From NCBI RefSeq assembly GCF_036971445.1, contig NC_091480.1:89466001-89530000 (forward strand): DNA of 64,000 nt, given 5' to 3'. A model generated the notes under the pieces. That model searched no databases. It had not been told where the DNA came from and worked only from the letters and a program-made list of their open reading frames with translations. The position numbers and the translations under genes are program-made. Of this stretch, positions 62,273-64,000 are shown one piece after another. Source of the DNA: Narcine bancroftii. Taxonomy: Eukaryota. Within the stretch, counting starts at the first letter, position 1, and every line of letters begins with the position of its first letter.

Positions 62273-63174
62273 TTTTAAAGGAAGTTTTCTCAAATAACAT
62301 TGTTCATGGAAAATGGATGAGTAATTTTTGCCATGTCTTTTGAAGCAACCTCAACCTCATCAAGGGGACATGCTTAGTTTCTCCAGCACTTTTGTGTATT
62401 GCCCTACAATCACAGCAGCTGCAGACTTTCCTGCTTCCTGAGCAAGGGAAGGCAGGTCTGTCCTCTTCTCTGCTCAGCAACAGTATTAGTGGAATCACGG
62501 AACAGGCCACAACAATACAAGTACAAATGATGAGTGAACGATAGAGTTTAATTGCAACCAAATTGTGAAAACTATTTCCCTTAAAACTTCCAAATCAAGT
62601 TAAGTTGAAAGGTAACAAAATTATTTTGGACTAACATTATGGTGCCTCAATAGTGAATGTTGCTTCAGCATTTGTTCACCTTTCTGAGGGAGTCTATGGT
62701 TCATGGTTGTTCAAAGTGCAATTGGACTCTGTTACCAGAATTTAGTTTTATTTTCATCATGTGCCAAGAAAGAATTTCTATTCCATTGTTACATGATCAC
62801 ATTTGAAAGTTCTTCACAAAACCCAAGGGTGCCCTGACGATGAATGGTGATGTTTTTAAAAATTAAGATTCTGTGCTGGTTTTCAAGTCTTATGATATCT
62901 GTCACTTTTAAATATATTTTGTTATCTATGGTTCTGTTGGTAGCACCTTTACCTTTGCTGAACTGGCATGGTTCCCATTCATAAAAATTGAGCATTAAAA
63001 CCTGCACTGCCACAAAGTTGTCTTGGGCAAGGTCAATGCTGTACAAGAGCAGCTTTTGAATGAGACATTAAAACAAGCACCTTTCTGTTGTCTCAGATTA
63101 AAAAAAGGTCCTGAACACCTGAAGGTGACCAGCCCAACACCAGGCCCCAGCAAACTATTGTAACTACATCAGAA

Positions 63175-63561
63175 GATTACAAGATCTAGGAGCAGAAGTA
63201 GGCCTCCATCGACCCATTGAGTTATATCTGCCATTCTAATCATGAACTGATCAGCTCCAGTCCCCGCCTTTCTCCCTATAAACCCTTGATGCCCTGACTA
63301 ATCAATCTCTGTGTTAAATATATCCAACGACCTCACTTCCACAACCGCCTGTGGCAAAAAGTTCCGCAGACTCATGACCCTCTGTCTAAAGACATTTTTC
63401 TGCATCTCTGTTTGAAATTGACCCCTTTTATCCTGAATTTATGCCCTCTTGTCCCAGAATTCCCTATCACGGGAAACATCCTTGCCACGTCTACTCTGTC
63501 CAGGCCTTTCAGCATTTGAAATACCTCAATGAGGTTCCCCCTCACCCTTCTGTACTCCATC
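63175..63561 (-). mobile_element. CR1 LINE 3' fragment
   Basis: ORF 63372..63563 reads EYRRVRGNLIEVFQMLKGLDRVDVARMFP...TRGHKFRIKG. Confidence 0.85.
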
Positions 63562-64000
63562 ACTTCAGCTTAACAATCGAATACCTTGAACTTGCTTGTG
63601 GTAGAATCTTGCTGTGAAAGGTTCTCAGAAAATCTGCACTGAAAATGCAATAAATGTCTGGGCACAACATAACTTCTTGGCTTTTATGCAGTTGCTGGAC
63701 GATGTAAAGCACAAAGCTTGGTTCAATACCAGGCATCTCTTCTGCTGGGGTGATAATTCCAGGTTTGTTACTTTGAACAGGGGCATTTGGTACAAGTAGC
63801 TACTTTTAGTGATAGCTTTCAGTCCTCAACAAATCAAATTATTCACCCAAGTCATCAGCTCAAGTCACCCTGGAATTTTGAGGCTACGTTCATTCTTTTC
63901 TTTTAAATTCCCCCCACATTCTGATCGACTCCATCCAAATCCTACCACCTACTGACACACTTGCGGTATTTTACAGTAGTTGGATTAATCTATCAGCCAA

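Overview
This is eukaryotic, AT-rich, repeat-dense DNA with no recognisable host protein-coding gene. The repeat mix (HE1-like V-SINEs, CR1, Rex1/Babar, RTE, L1 and Penelope relics) points to a vertebrate, most likely a cartilaginous fish; this is inference. The window is probably a large intron or gene desert. The best-preserved feature is a young Gypsy-type LTR retrotransposon at 9326-11829. Its two LTRs differ by one indel and are flanked by a CCCTG target-site duplication (TSD). It keeps an open gag with two CCHC knuckles and a 45-bp Ala/Thr minisatellite, but has lost protease, RT, RNase H and the integrase N-half. Instead of a tRNA primer-binding site (PBS) it has a perfect 16-nt complement to the AATAAA region of its own LTR, suggesting self-priming or poly(A)-signal masking. 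Also present are several solo LTRs, four copies of a composite hAT MITE built from two inverted palindromic mini-units, Penelope-associated hammerhead-ribozyme-like cores, Chapaev3-like and Tc2-like DNA transposon relics, and repeat-free islands with enhancer-like motif clusters. All family names come from motif recognition by eye, not database searches, and boundaries of old repeats are approximate.
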